Source: Octopus bimaculoides (taxonomy: Eukaryota). From it: a stretch of DNA of 39,849 nt. Positions 11,669 through 23,420 of this stretch are shown one piece after another. Positions within the stretch are counted from its first letter, which is position 1. Each line of letters opens with the position of its first letter. Under the pieces are notes generated by a model. It made no database searches. It was not told the origin of the DNA and worked only from the letters and a program-made list of their open reading frames with translations. The DNA lies in the NCBI RefSeq assembly GCF_001194135.2, contig NC_068983.1, positions 10,457,103-10,496,951 on the forward strand, read 5' to 3'. The position numbers and the translations under genes are program-made.

Positions 11669-12769
11669 AGTGGTAAGTAAGAAGAACTGACATGAGAAAG
11701 AGCATCCGGCTACGAAACACTGCCTCAAAAAATCTTGTCCATCTATGCCAGCATGGATATGTTACCAGATTATATGTTGGGGCTCATGGAGGAAATGACA
11801 GTAGACTGGGATGTTTGGTCTTCCTAGGGAAGACCTGTCCATAAAACTGAGTGCTAGAAGAGTTGTGTCCCACCCACATGTAACAACACACTTCTCACCC
11901 TCTCTACTCTAAGAAATCAAACAATAACTCCTTTTCTAATTGCATCTTTCTCTTCCTCACATTTCCTCCTCATACATCATGATTGCTTTCCAATCCCCTT
12001 TCTTGACCACACTGCCATGCTCACTGTATCACCGCTCCCCACTTTCCTAACCAGGTTCTATGCTCATATTCCTGTTACTTGTGAGTAACACCACACCATC
12101 TCTCTTCTGCTGTTTCCTACTCCCGCTCATTCCCTTTGGTCACTCTCTCTCTCTCCTTCTCTTGTTTATCCTCTGACTAGGTAACCAAGTATCACCTTTA
12201 TATCAGCACACTTGTTTCTGGCCTCTTTCTGTACCTCTCTCTCTCTCTCTCTGGGTAACCATGTGCCTCCTCTATAGCAAGACATTTCTGCCTCTCTATT
12301 TCCCTATTACACTCTAACCTTTCATTTGATACCTCCTCAAATGACTCCTCTGTTGTGGCAAGACACCTGCTTCTGTCTCTTCGTTACACTAACTTTCATC
12401 CTCTAACACAAATGCCCTGCCCCTCTCATAATTCCTTGTCTTGTGAGTTACTTGGTTACTCTGCCAGTGCTGGCGCCACATTAAAAGCATCTAATCCACA
12501 CTGTAACATGGTTGGCATCAGGAATTGCTCTACTACTGCCAGGTAAGTAGAGAACCAAGGGTTCATATTTCATCTATGGTACAACAGAGCCCAGCATCAA
12601 GGATGGCATATAAACCTGCAACTATTCCATACCCCGTCCGCTTGGCTACTTATATAGCTTGCCATGCTCCAGTACATCAAGTCTTTCATGCAAATGAGAT
12701 TTAGCAGAAAAAAATAATTACAGAAACAGCACAAATAAAACGCAGTTAAATATATTATATCATACAAAC

Positions 12770-12830
12770 CTTTCTTTTTGCTTTAAACACTCGGCTAAAT
12801 TCTGCAACTTTTTCTTAAGAAATGCTGACT
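12770..12830 (-). CDS. Coiled-coil gene exon 4 (E-SAFLKKKLQNLAECLKQKE+AG)
   Basis: Follows the U12 AC acceptor. Donor AG|GTTTGT, phase 1 to 2. Confidence 0.8.
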
Positions 12831-13234
12831 GTGAAAACTGTTAAGGATTATCTTAATTGGTAAAGACATTTTTAAAACCAAACCAAGTTTTAGCTCAGGA
12901 CGAACACAATAACATGGTAAAAATAGAACCACAAACATAGTGGGGCTATAAGGGCGGTCCACCTTGGGCAGCACTTTTCATTCTGTTGTAGGTAATATAT
13001 GGTCTTTGTGGGGTCTGGGGGTGGCACACACTCTAGCTACGCTAGTGAACAGAACACAACAGTTTGTGTAACACCAAAAACAACAATACCATATAATTAT
13101 ATTTCTAAAAATCACAAAATATAATATGTTAGAATTCTTATTCCATTTATTACCTTTACACAATCCTACATTTTCTAAACATTGCTCTGTGTGTGTTGTG
13201 TGTGTGTGTGCATGCGTGTGTAGGAAAACAGACA

Positions 13235-13468
13235 GGCGGCGATCTGGCAGAAACGTTAGCACGCCAGGCGAAATGCTTAGCGGTATTTCGGCAGCCGTTA
13301 TGTTCTGGGTCCAAATTCCGCTGAGGTCGACTTTGCGTTCCATCCTTTCGGGGTCGATAAATTAAGTACCAGTTACGCACTAGGGTTGATGTAATCGACT
13401 TAATCCCTTTGTCTGTCCTTGTTTGTCCCCTCTATGTTTAGCCCCTTGTGGGCAATAAAGAAATAAGA
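13235..13468 (+). mobile_element. Family B SINE, inside the U12 intron
   Basis: Near-identical to 34057-34279. Diverged copies lie near 20750-21110, 25230-25340, 26640-26760, 31690-31800(-), 35640-35780, 38280-38720 and 39125-39345. Confidence 0.9.
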
Positions 13469-13606
13469 CAGGTAGATAGATACACCTGAAACTGAAAAAT
13501 AATACAAAAGCAAAAAGCTTTCAAAGTCAATTTGGTACTCAGGTTCCATGCATAATATTTCACAAAGCTCGAGCACCATAACAATTATGGGGTGGGTAAC
13601 TTTTTC

Positions 13607-13985
13607 AGCTGTGTGGTATGAAGTTTGCTTCCCAACTGCAGGATTCCAGATTCAGACCCACAGCGAGGTACCTAGGGCAAGTGTCTTGTAGTATAGCCTT
13701 AGGCTGACCAAAGCCTTGTGAGTGGATTTGGTAGAAGGATACTGAAAGAAGCCCGTCATGTATGTGTGTGCCTGTGTTTGTGCCCCACCACAACTTGACA
13801 AGCAGTATTGGTTTGTTTACATTCTCATAATTTAGCAGTTTGGCAAAATAGACCAATACAATAAGTACCAGACATAAAAAAAATAATAAATACTGGGGTT
13901 GATTCATTTGATTGAAATTCCTCAAGGTGGTGCTCCAGCGTGGTCACAGTCTAATGACTGAAACAAGTAAGAGATACAAGATAAA
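13607..13985 (+). mobile_element. Family A SINE (diverged), inside the U12 intron
   Basis: Colinear with 18703-19068. Confidence 0.85.
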
Positions 13986-14186
13986 AGATATATAGACACA
14001 CACACATTCACTCTGCATAACATGTTGAGTACTTTTTTCTCCAATTTGTAAATCTAAATGCACCTACTTTATATATGTTCATGTATGTACATGCATGCAC
14101 ATAACCACAAACAGACATGAATAATTCATACAGCAAATTAAAAAGCAAACAATGTGATATTATCTCAAAAAGCAGATAAAGGATAT

Positions 14187-14221
14187 CATTTGTCTTGGTC
14201 TGAAGTAGCTTCATGATTTTA
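14187..14221 (-). CDS. Coiled-coil gene exon 3 (D-KIMKLLQTKTN+G), ending at a U12 donor
   Basis: Acceptor ctctctttttttcag. The phase-2 entry completes GAT (D). The exon ends at G|ATATCCTTT, the U12 AT-AC donor consensus. Confidence 0.8.
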
Positions 14222-14553
14222 CTGAAAAAAAGAGAGAAAAAAATTACAAGTACTAGAATAAAAAATATATAAAACAAAAAATTCAAAAATGATTTTCTTT
14301 TAGATTAAAGCTATCATGTTAGTGTGTGGAGGCACGTGGCTTAGTGGTTAGGGAGTCAGCATCATGATCATAAGATTGTGGTTTCGATTCCTTCGTATGC
14401 CTAATTCTGCAGCAAGTCAAAATATATACAGACACTTAGTATGGGGTGACAGCATTAGGCAGTGATGTAGATAAATACAAACTTGCTAACAGTTCAAATA
14501 TGCTTGAGACATATTCAAATTTGTAAGAAAGCAATTCGCTGTGTTTTCTCATG

Positions 14554-14812
14554 GAGAAAATTTCTCACTGTTGACAAATGGGTGTAAATACAATGATTCA
14601 GCTCAGGGTGTTACCAGTCATTGAACGATAACAGGAATATCATAAGAAAAATACGGTCTCTTGTGTCAGCTTGCATTGCCATCTTGTCTGGTTTCTGTGG
14701 CTAAAGAGGAAATAACTACTCTGAAATGTATGCATCCCACAGTCTGGTCAGATGGTACAGCAAGCTGAATTGGTGTACTTACACCAATTTGTCAACAGCA
14801 AGAAATTTTCTC
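14554..14812. repeat. MITE-like element with 37-bp inverted termini
   Basis: 14554-14590 and 14776-14812 are reverse complements at 33/37. Confidence 0.8.
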
Positions 14813-15785
14813 TGTAACATAATGGATGGCTTTATTGCAGGTTCGAATATGCCTCAAGCATATTTGAACTGGTACCAAGTTTGTATTTAGATACTTAGTA
14901 TATATATTCTTGAAGGCATGTGGCCTGGTGGTTAGACTGTTGCAATCACATTCATAAGATCATGGTTTTGATTTCCAGACCAGATAGTATGTTGTGTTCT
15001 TAAGCAAAACACTTCATTCCACCAGTCCACTCAGTCATAAAATGATTTCAACCAATAGCTCAAAAGTTAACCCCTATAACAGACCAACGTCCTATTCAGT
15101 GAGGAGTGTTGCAGTCTCAGTCATTTATACACAACAGAAACTAGGCTAAGGTCTGGCCTTATGAGTCTTTGGGCTCATGAAAAAAAATTCATTAACACAC
15201 ACACTATATTGGCACTATAATAATTATTGATTTTGCAAACTGATCACTTGTCTACTAATAACAGTTAAGCCAAGTCTTAATTAGTTTTTTTATTTGTTCT
15301 TTTAATTCATGGGGAGGAGAAGTTCGAATTCTAAAAGGTGTGGCTTTTGTAGTTTCTGTTTCAAACACTGTCAGAGTTGATTCTGACTTTCATCCCTCTA
15401 AGGTCAATAAAGTAAATACCAGCCCATATTGAGTACATATGGATGATAGTGTAGTTAACTGAATTGACCACACCCTCATTATTATACTTTTCTTAAATAT
15501 TAAACATCATATAACAGTTAAATAGAACATATTGTGGATTCAGGTGCAAATCAAAAGGTCCAATTAGATAATCGTTGTTTAATTTTGATCCACAACTGTA
15601 AGAGATCGAAGATAAAATATTCTAACCAAAGATAATGTTGTATCATACCTGTATAATTTTGCATTACACAAGTTGGAAAGTACTGACATAATTTTTTTAG
15701 AAATGCATGTACTATATCCCATTTCCCATCTACTATAAAACCTTAAAACCTGGTGTCCAAGAAAAAGAAACCAGTATTTACTTAC

Positions 15786-15844
15786 TCGGATGATATGATT
15801 TTGTCTTTCAAAGATTGCAACAGTGAATTCTTTTCAATAAATTT
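15786..15844 (-). CDS. Coiled-coil gene exon 2 (KFIEKNSLLQSLKDKIISS+GA)
   Basis: Acceptor tttctcttttcag, donor GA|GTAAGT, open frame, phase 0 to 2. Confidence 0.8.
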
Positions 15845-16184
15845 CTGAAAAGAGAAACATAGATCAAATAACACAAGACAAAAATATCTTTCGACATCAT
15901 ACAGCTTTCAATTGGTCCTGGTTTTATCATACTACACCTCAAATTTTAATATTGATCAGTAAATTAAACTGTCCATTATAATTTATGAAAGAAATTTTTT
16001 TTTTTAATTATGTTCCTGAATAATAATGGAAAAGTGTTATTTAACTAAATCCTGCATAATTTTTTTTTTTCAATAATTAAAAAATATGAACCATGTATTT
16101 CATAAATATGATCAGAAAAGTGGATGTTAATATAATGAATCAAGAAATTTGAATTATATTACAAGACAAAAATTTAGAGATTTA

Positions 16185-17481
16185 CTAATGGGAGCTTTTG
16201 ATGAAAGAGAGAAAGAGTTGGGGATAACTGGAAGTTCCTGCAGGACAATCTACTGAGGGCTATGGATGAAATCTGTGGTTGGTGCAGAGTCCCGGCTAGA
16301 CCAAGGGTGACATGGTGGTGGAGCAAGGTTGACAGTGTTATAAAAGCAAAAAGACAAGCCAGGAGAGACTGGAAAAACAGTGGAAGCAGAGAATTATATC
16401 AGGTAGCCAAAAGAGTAGTTAGGCGTCAGGTATACATAGCAAAAGGAATAGCTGAAGGTAAGAGGTTCGCAAATGTCCTACAATGTGAGGATCAGAGGTG
16501 TGAGGTGAACAGGATTGCAAAGTATGGTATCAGAGGAAATAGTGATGTGGTAGGTGAGAAATGTGTGTGAATGGATAACGGTATGCTTGCACTTAACAAC
16601 TCAGAGAAGAAAGATGCATGGAAGTGTCACCATGAACGGTTACTAAACATAGAAAATGAATGGGAGAAGGAGAGTTTACCAAACATCAAACAAATTGAGG
16701 GACCAGCCATCAGAGTTGATAGCAGCATAATAGATAAGGCAATTAAAGACAAGAAGACAGGGATAGCCCCTGGGCCATCAGGAATCACTGCCGAGATGAT
16801 TAAAATTTCTGGTGGTGTAGGATACAGCTTAGTCACCTGTATAGTTAATTACGTTATTCAGGAAGGCACCATCCTCAATAACTGGTGTAGTAGCATTATA
16901 GTTGGCTGCTACAAGGGTAAAGGTGATGCCTTAGACAGAAACAACTACAGAGGTATTGAACTGCTAGACCAAGTCATGAAAATTACTGAGAGGATTATAG
17001 CTCAACTGATTAAAAATGGAATTAAACTAGATGAACTACAGTTTGGTTTTGTACCTGGGAAGAGTACCACAGATGCCATCTTTCTAGTGAGACAGCTGCA
17101 GGAAAAGTACTTGACCAAAAGTAAGCCATTGTACCAGGAGAAAGCTTTCGACAGAGTTCCCCGCTCTGTTATATGGTGGTCTCTAAGGAGGTTAGGAGTG
17201 GCTTGTTAGAGCTGTACAGTGGTGCAGTCAGTAAGGTGAGAGCTGGCCATGAATATGGTGATGAATTCAATGTTCAGGGGTTCGCCAGGGCTCAGTTCTC
17301 ATCCCACTCTTATTCAGTATAGTCCTCCAGGGCATAACAGAGGAATTCAAGACTGGGTGCCTGTGGGAACTGCTATATGCTGATGACCTTGCCCTTTTTG
17401 CAGAATCTTTAGCAGAATTGGAGAAGAAATTCCAGGAATGGAAACAAAACCTGGAATCAAAGGGCCTTAAAGTTAACCTAC
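16185..17481 (+). mobile_element. Degenerate RTE-clade LINE, ORF2 reverse transcriptase fragment
   Basis: APGPSGI, NYRGIELL, QFGFVPGKSTTDAIF, EKAFDRVP, QGSVL and YADD (17376-17387). In-frame stops and deletions are present. Confidence 0.92.
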
Positions 17482-18702
17482 TCTATCACGGTTTGTAAAT
17501 TATGAACTCCTGATTCAAAATTATGAGATTACAACCAAACCAACGTGATGTTTATTATTATCAAATTAACTTCGTTAAGTCGAGAAATCTTAATCTTAAG
17601 CTTCGTTATCAAAGAGGAGATAAATCTTGTAACAATCAATGCTGTTATCTCCCTGTATTCTGAAACGCCTAACTTGATCTGGGTTCGCCAAGTTTGTGCA
17701 TTCTTTAATGAATGTTGACGTCCACAAACACACTACAATGAAGACATAACATCGAATAACACTACAATTCTACAACTCATGAATAACACACAACCAACAC
17801 TGAATATCTCTGTCAATTTTCAGTAATCTTGTCATTATGCTACCTAGTTTAATGCCACTACCTAGCACCTCCAGTGCCTTTAGTGGATACACTGTGTTGC
17901 AAACACCTCAGGTTACGTCTCTAGTTTGAGGATGCACACACTCTCTCTCTCTCTCTCTCCCACTAGTCGCAGAGGCCCTGTGAAGGGTCATTAGCACTAC
18001 TTTCCCTCCTGAATAAAAGCTTGTAGAAATCTTTGATGGATAACCCATCATTATTCACCCAGCCAACCGTTTTCACAAAAGCTGACCTTCTGTTTCAAAA
18101 CCTGAAAATATTTGAGCTGAAGACCGTTTTAGACTTCCTCAGACTAAAAGATCAAAATAATTGGGTGAAGTCAGACCAGTTTTAAGCTTTTCTTGTCAAT
18201 CAATATTAATTGTTCAGCAGGAAAACATGGATAAGAAAACTGTTCCAGAAGTATATAAGTCCAAAAAGGGTTTAGCAGGTAGCGGGGGAGGTCAATTAAT
18301 CAAGAAAGAACAGTGTTCATTCCAGACTGACGAAACTGAAGGGGCTGATGTTAAGTTTGACCATCTGAAGATTGATGTCTGAAGGAAAACCCTGTAGAAG
18401 AGGAGGAAATTCCATAGGGCTGCAACATTGGGATGAAAGAATTAGGTAAGTATTTAGTATACAGGAATCTGGACTGTAATGCAATTAGAGTGACTGGAGG
18501 AGAAGGTGGAAGACATGCATTACGTCATGTATATCTTTGTAGTCCAGAGAAGCAGAGGCTATTCGTATAGTAGATAGAAGAGAAAGTGTGTCCGTGGGTC
18601 AGTGATTATAGTGCATTGGTGAGTGAGTCAACCAAATGACCCTTTATCTCTTATGAAATAAATAAAATAATCCAGTTTCATATTTTAAAAGAATCCTACA
18701 TA

Positions 18703-19068
18703 GGCGGAGGAGTGGCTGTGTGGTAAGTGGCTTGCTTACCAACCACATGGTTCCGGGTTCAAGCCCACTGCATGGTACCTTGGGCAAGTGTCTTCTACTA
18801 TAGCCTCGGGCCGACCAAAGCCTTGTGAGTGGATTTGGTAGACGGAAACTGAAAGAAGCCTGTTGTGTCTGTGTTTGTCACCCTAGCATTGCTTGACAAC
18901 CGATGCTGGTGTGTTTACGTCCCCGTAACTTAGCGGTTCGGCAAAAGAGACCGATAGAATAAGTACTAGGCTTACAAAGAATAAGTCCCGGGGTCGATCT
19001 GCTCAACTAAAGGCGGTGCTCCAGCATGGCCGCAGTCAAATGAATGAAACAAGTAAAAGAGTAAAGAG
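18703..19068 (+). mobile_element. Full-length tRNA-derived SINE with CORE-like segment (family A)
   Basis: A box TGGCTGTGTGG, B box GGTTCAAGCCC (18756-18766), and ccttgggcaagtg resembling the MIR CORE. A-rich 3' end. Many other copies in the window. Confidence 0.9.
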
Positions 19069-19797
19069 GTTGTTTATTTCAAAACCATAAGGTTTTAGGT
19101 TAGGTCCCACCTCTTGGCACCTCAGACAAGTGTTTTCACCATAGTTCTGATCTAATTAAAGATTTACAAATTAAATTCAGTAGATAAAAACTGTGTGGAA
19201 GCCTGTCATATGTTCTTTTGAAGGTTTCAATTTTTGGGCTGTGTCCATGAGTCCGTTACTTTCAAGAGTTTTTTTGTAGCTCATTTCTAAACTATTTACT
19301 TCAGTCTTTATTGAATTGTCAAATTAGACATTGCAACACATCATTACTTTTTTACTAATCAACAGTGTTGTATCAAACACATAAACACACACACACATAC
19401 ATACATCTCCACTCACAAGGTATTGGTTAGCCTGTGGCTACAGTTACAATACATGCTTAAGGTGCCAAGCAATGGGATCACAACCAGAACCAAATGGTTA
19501 GGGTTAGACCTCAAACCGTCCAACACATGCCAGCACGGAAAACGAATGAAGATGATGAGCGTAATGGTTAAACTGCTGCTTCTATAGGTCTAAAGAGACA
19601 CTGCAGATTCAAATTTGAAAGCAGACAAAATTTCTTCCCGAAGAGGTTTTACCATCCCTGATGAAAATGATCATGTCAAAGTTTGAGGTAGAAGGAACTG
19701 TCAACAACATCTTACACTACTACTCTTGTTAGATATTACTACTGTCCCCATTTCAGCCAAAAGCATTCCATAAGGTGCCCATAGCGTCATTTTCGAG

Positions 19798-20040
19798 ATG
19801 TGGTTCTCAACCAGGGCCCATATAAGATTTTCTTGTAAAAATTAATGTGTATTAAATAAGTTATACTTGTACAATACACAAAATATTTTAACAGTATTTT
19901 AAACAGTTCTTAATAATATTTAATTATAAAAATATAATAGAATTTTTTAAACATTGAATGGCTATGATGAACGGAGGTGCAGTTAAGTAAAATAGGAATC
20001 AAAAGGATACCATAGTCAAAAAAATCGTTGAGAACCACTG
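19798..20040. mobile_element. hAT (Charlie-like) MITE
   Basis: Termini atGTGGTTCTCAAC and GTTGAGAACCACTG. Flanking 8-mers ttttcgag and ctttagag match at 6/8, consistent with a decayed 8-bp TSD. Confidence 0.7.
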
Positions 20041-21482
20041 CTTTAGAGGAACATACAACTGCATTTTCTAATGCGTCCCTTCATTATTTAAGACGGTAGG
20101 GAGTGATCTGATGGGGGTTTGGCTGCTGTTTCAAAAGGTCGAGCGACTACATAATAAGAAGCCTTCGTCGCAAAAACGAAAGCGAACGTTTCATGCTTAC
20201 TTTTATCGATTCATTCATTTTAATACAATAGATGATAGCGTATTGTAAGAATGAAAACGAAGGCAAAAAATGGGTGATGGGGGTAAAAATTTTCATAACT
20301 TAATTGTTATTAAAAGAAAACAAGACATTTTCAGTGGGGAAAAAGAGGTTCACAAACAATTGAGAAAGTTTAGCAACTTTATAACTAAATAGAGAAAGAG
20401 ATAACGATGGGACCTAAACGCTCAACCTGCTAAAAATACCAGCTAAAATTTAACTCAAATCATACTCTGTGATCTTAAAAAGGAAAACGAAGGATATTTT
20501 GAACAATGTAGGTTCTGATATTCAAAAATGCGAGATGGTCATGTCTTGAATATCTTCATGCAAGGATCTGCTCAATCAAGATTGACTGGGGGCATAACAA
20601 CTATCAAAGGAGAAAGGGACTCTAAAGCGGTAAATTTAAACATGACGTAAGAAAAATAACATTTCATAAATATATTCCCGAGACTGTATATTTATGAAGT
20701 GGAATATATATTGGGGCTTATATACATTCGAGTCCCTGACGGAGTAAAATCTTCGTTTGTTCTGGCTCTTTTAGTTCTGCGTTCAAATCCTACATTCTGA
20801 GTTCAAATCCCGAGTCAATAAAAGTACTAGTTAAGTAGTTTTTATGCTCGACTGTTCTCCTAAACTTTTTGCCATTACACACAATTTTAGAAAATGAAAT
20901 TTATTTTTAAATACAGTAGGGACTAGTGAGAAAATTCACTACTAGGACTCGGGAAAAATTACTTGGCAGTATTTTTTCGGTTCTTTACGTTCCGATGTCA
21001 ACTTTGTTTTCCGGGGTCGATAAAGTACCACTCAAGTAACGAGGTTGAAATAATGCAGTCTAATCCCCTACCCTTAAAAATTACTAGCCTTCTGCTGAAA
21101 TTTGAAATAATTATTATATTTTCTTATATATATATATGTGAATGCTATACCGTAGAATTACTGTTTACACACACACCTCAAACAGGCACATAGCTTTACA
21201 CGCGCACATACAGACATATAACATTAACCGAAAGAATGCCACATATATATATATATATATATANNNNNNNNNNNNNNNNNNNNNNNNNCACATATATATA
21301 CACACAAACACACATATATAGTATATATATATATATATACACACACACAAACACGTGTGTACAGATTTACATCAATAACTGTACATATATGTGTGTGTGT
21401 GTGTGTGTGTGTTTACGTTACAGCTGAATAAAACGTGTGTATGCGAGTATCTGGAATACACAAGACAAGTTTATGTACTTAC

Positions 21483-21539
21483 CTGGGAGTCATTCTGATA
21501 GTTAGAGTCAAACCAAGAGCTCAGGTCGTCCATGTCCAT
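21483..21539 (-). CDS. Coiled-coil gene, putative first coding exon (MDMDDLSSWFDSNYQNDSQ)
   Basis: ATG at 21539 with an in-frame upstream stop. Strong donor CAG|GTAAGT at 21482. Phase 0 matches the next exon. Confidence 0.65.
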
Positions 21540-21823
21540 GTCGTTAACTTCCAAATTATCAAGAAAGAAGCAGAAATTGGTGGGAATGAGGATTTTTCAT
21601 TCACCACGGGACACAATATATATTCCTTGACCGTTGCAATATCCGGACGGAAGGCGTTTCTTCAAACCACCGAACAAGATACTATTGTTTTGTTCGTTCA
21701 TAGTTAGTATTAAGCAGTATTTAATACTTGCATTTATACAACCGTGCAACACACCGGGTAGAAAGTATAGGGAACAATATCGGTCTTTCCTCTATCGCTC
21801 CCTATGTACCATGTGGGTCTGAA

Positions 21824-21832
21824 ACCGGAAGT
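21824..21832. promoter_or_regulatory. ETS-family motif ACCGGAAGT, candidate promoter element of the minus-strand gene
   Basis: Exact ETS consensus in a locally CpG-richer patch about 285 nt upstream of the ATG at 21539. Confidence 0.45.
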
Positions 21833-23377
21833 TGGTATATAGCGATAAATGATGCGCGATAAATGCGTCATTCACTTAATTAAGAATAATTACATGCATT
21901 TATAATTACCTTTATTATTTATTAATAGCTAATTTTTTTATGAATTAAAACACTCAATACATCAAACACAGGTTACCATGAGAATAAAAATACGAAGCAA
22001 ATTTACGACACAACCAGTGAGAAAGCCACATGGTTTATTAAATACAAAACGTATGGTTGTAAAATCATAGGCAATCTAATTACCATGTTGCATACAATAA
22101 TACAAAGTTTATAAATTTTACATAAAAGTATTATAAAATTAGTTAGTAAAATATAAATTAACATTGCATTTTTAATTATTTTCTGTTGTTTTACTATCAA
22201 TTATTTATTAGTTTATTGAGTCTATTGCTGTAAATATCTTACCGGTCGTTCATTTCTCGATTAACGGTGATATAAACACAATATTTTTTCTTCCGCATGG
22301 CGTGAGTCGGATATTTTGTGAAAGAGCTTTGAGAGCCAAAGTCACCACCCGGCTTCGATTCCTGTTAGTAACCAGTTCATTTATGTTGTTTATCCCTTTT
22401 CGTACCTTACAATCTTTCAAGTCATTTAAAATCAGAATCAGTTATAATATAATTTTTATAGAAAATAACAGAAACAATGAATTTATATTTTTACATATTG
22501 GTTATATATTTTCTGCATTATTTATACATATATATATATATATTCTGTTTCTTGTTTCAGTAATTTGACTGCGGCCATGCTGAAGCACTGCCTCTAGTCG
22601 AACAAATTGATACCAGAAGTTAATCTTTGTAACCCTATTACTTATTCTGTCGGTCACTTGCCGAGCCGCTAGGTTACGCTTACGTAAACACACCAGCATC
22701 GGTTGTCAAGCGATGGCTGATAGACAAACACAGACACATAAATACATACATACATGTGTGTGTAGTTGTGTCTAGTGAGAGTCATTCTCTTTTGGTGCCT
22801 TATAATTTAACACACACACCGATAAAATTTTCAATTATTTTTTAAATATTTTTATAAAATTTTCGTTACGTCTTGCAACCTTTTCAATACTCTATATATG
22901 TATATATACAATATGCGACAATTAGTTGGTTGTCATAATAAAACACAGTGTTTCAAATGCCGGGACTGAAGTCTACTCCGGCATTTCATAAGTTATTAAG
23001 ACAAACAAAAAACGATATGAAAAAAAAACGTTGAATAAAGGGAAATTACTCCAATAGGCATGAAGAAAGTAAAACTTCGTTCATCTGCATATGCACACAT
23101 ATACACACACATACATGTACGCGCACACACACACACGTATGCATATAGAGGGTACGGAAGAAATACCTGCTACATTTTAAACTTTCACCTATGTGTTGCT
23201 AATGCAAGTGCCAATGAACAAAAACTGTAACCCTTTGTTTAAACAACAGTAAAATTAATTTTTCATAAATGTTGTTTCTTTTTCCTTTTCTCAACATTTC
23301 AAATGTGGGAGGTATTTCCGCCGCACACTGTAAGTCTGTATACATACTCACACACACACACACATATATATACTCAT

Positions 23378-23420
<43 letters not shown>

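Larger units (their letters stand above)
12831..14186 (-). other. U12-type (minor spliceosome) AT-AC intron, 1356 nt
   Basis: 5' end ATATCCTTT (14186-14178). Branch site TCCTTAAC (12847-12840). 3' end TTTTCAC at 12831. Splicing restores the frame (G+AG = E). Confidence 0.85.

Noticed and set aside
14150-14166. GAG|ATAATA as an AT donor rescued to GT by A-to-I editing
   Set aside because: A perfect U12 donor (ATATCCTTT) with a matching branch site and AC acceptor explains the junction without editing.
17482-18500. Possible LTR or Penelope-like element adjoining the RTE fragment
   Set aside because: No paired terminal repeats, PBS/PPT or recognisable coding motif could be supported.
5884-21539. 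Assigning the coiled-coil gene to SPC25 or CCDC73
   Set aside because: Only short motif resemblances, and no RWD-like C-terminal exons for SPC25. Coiled-coil similarity is non-specific, so no symbol is given.
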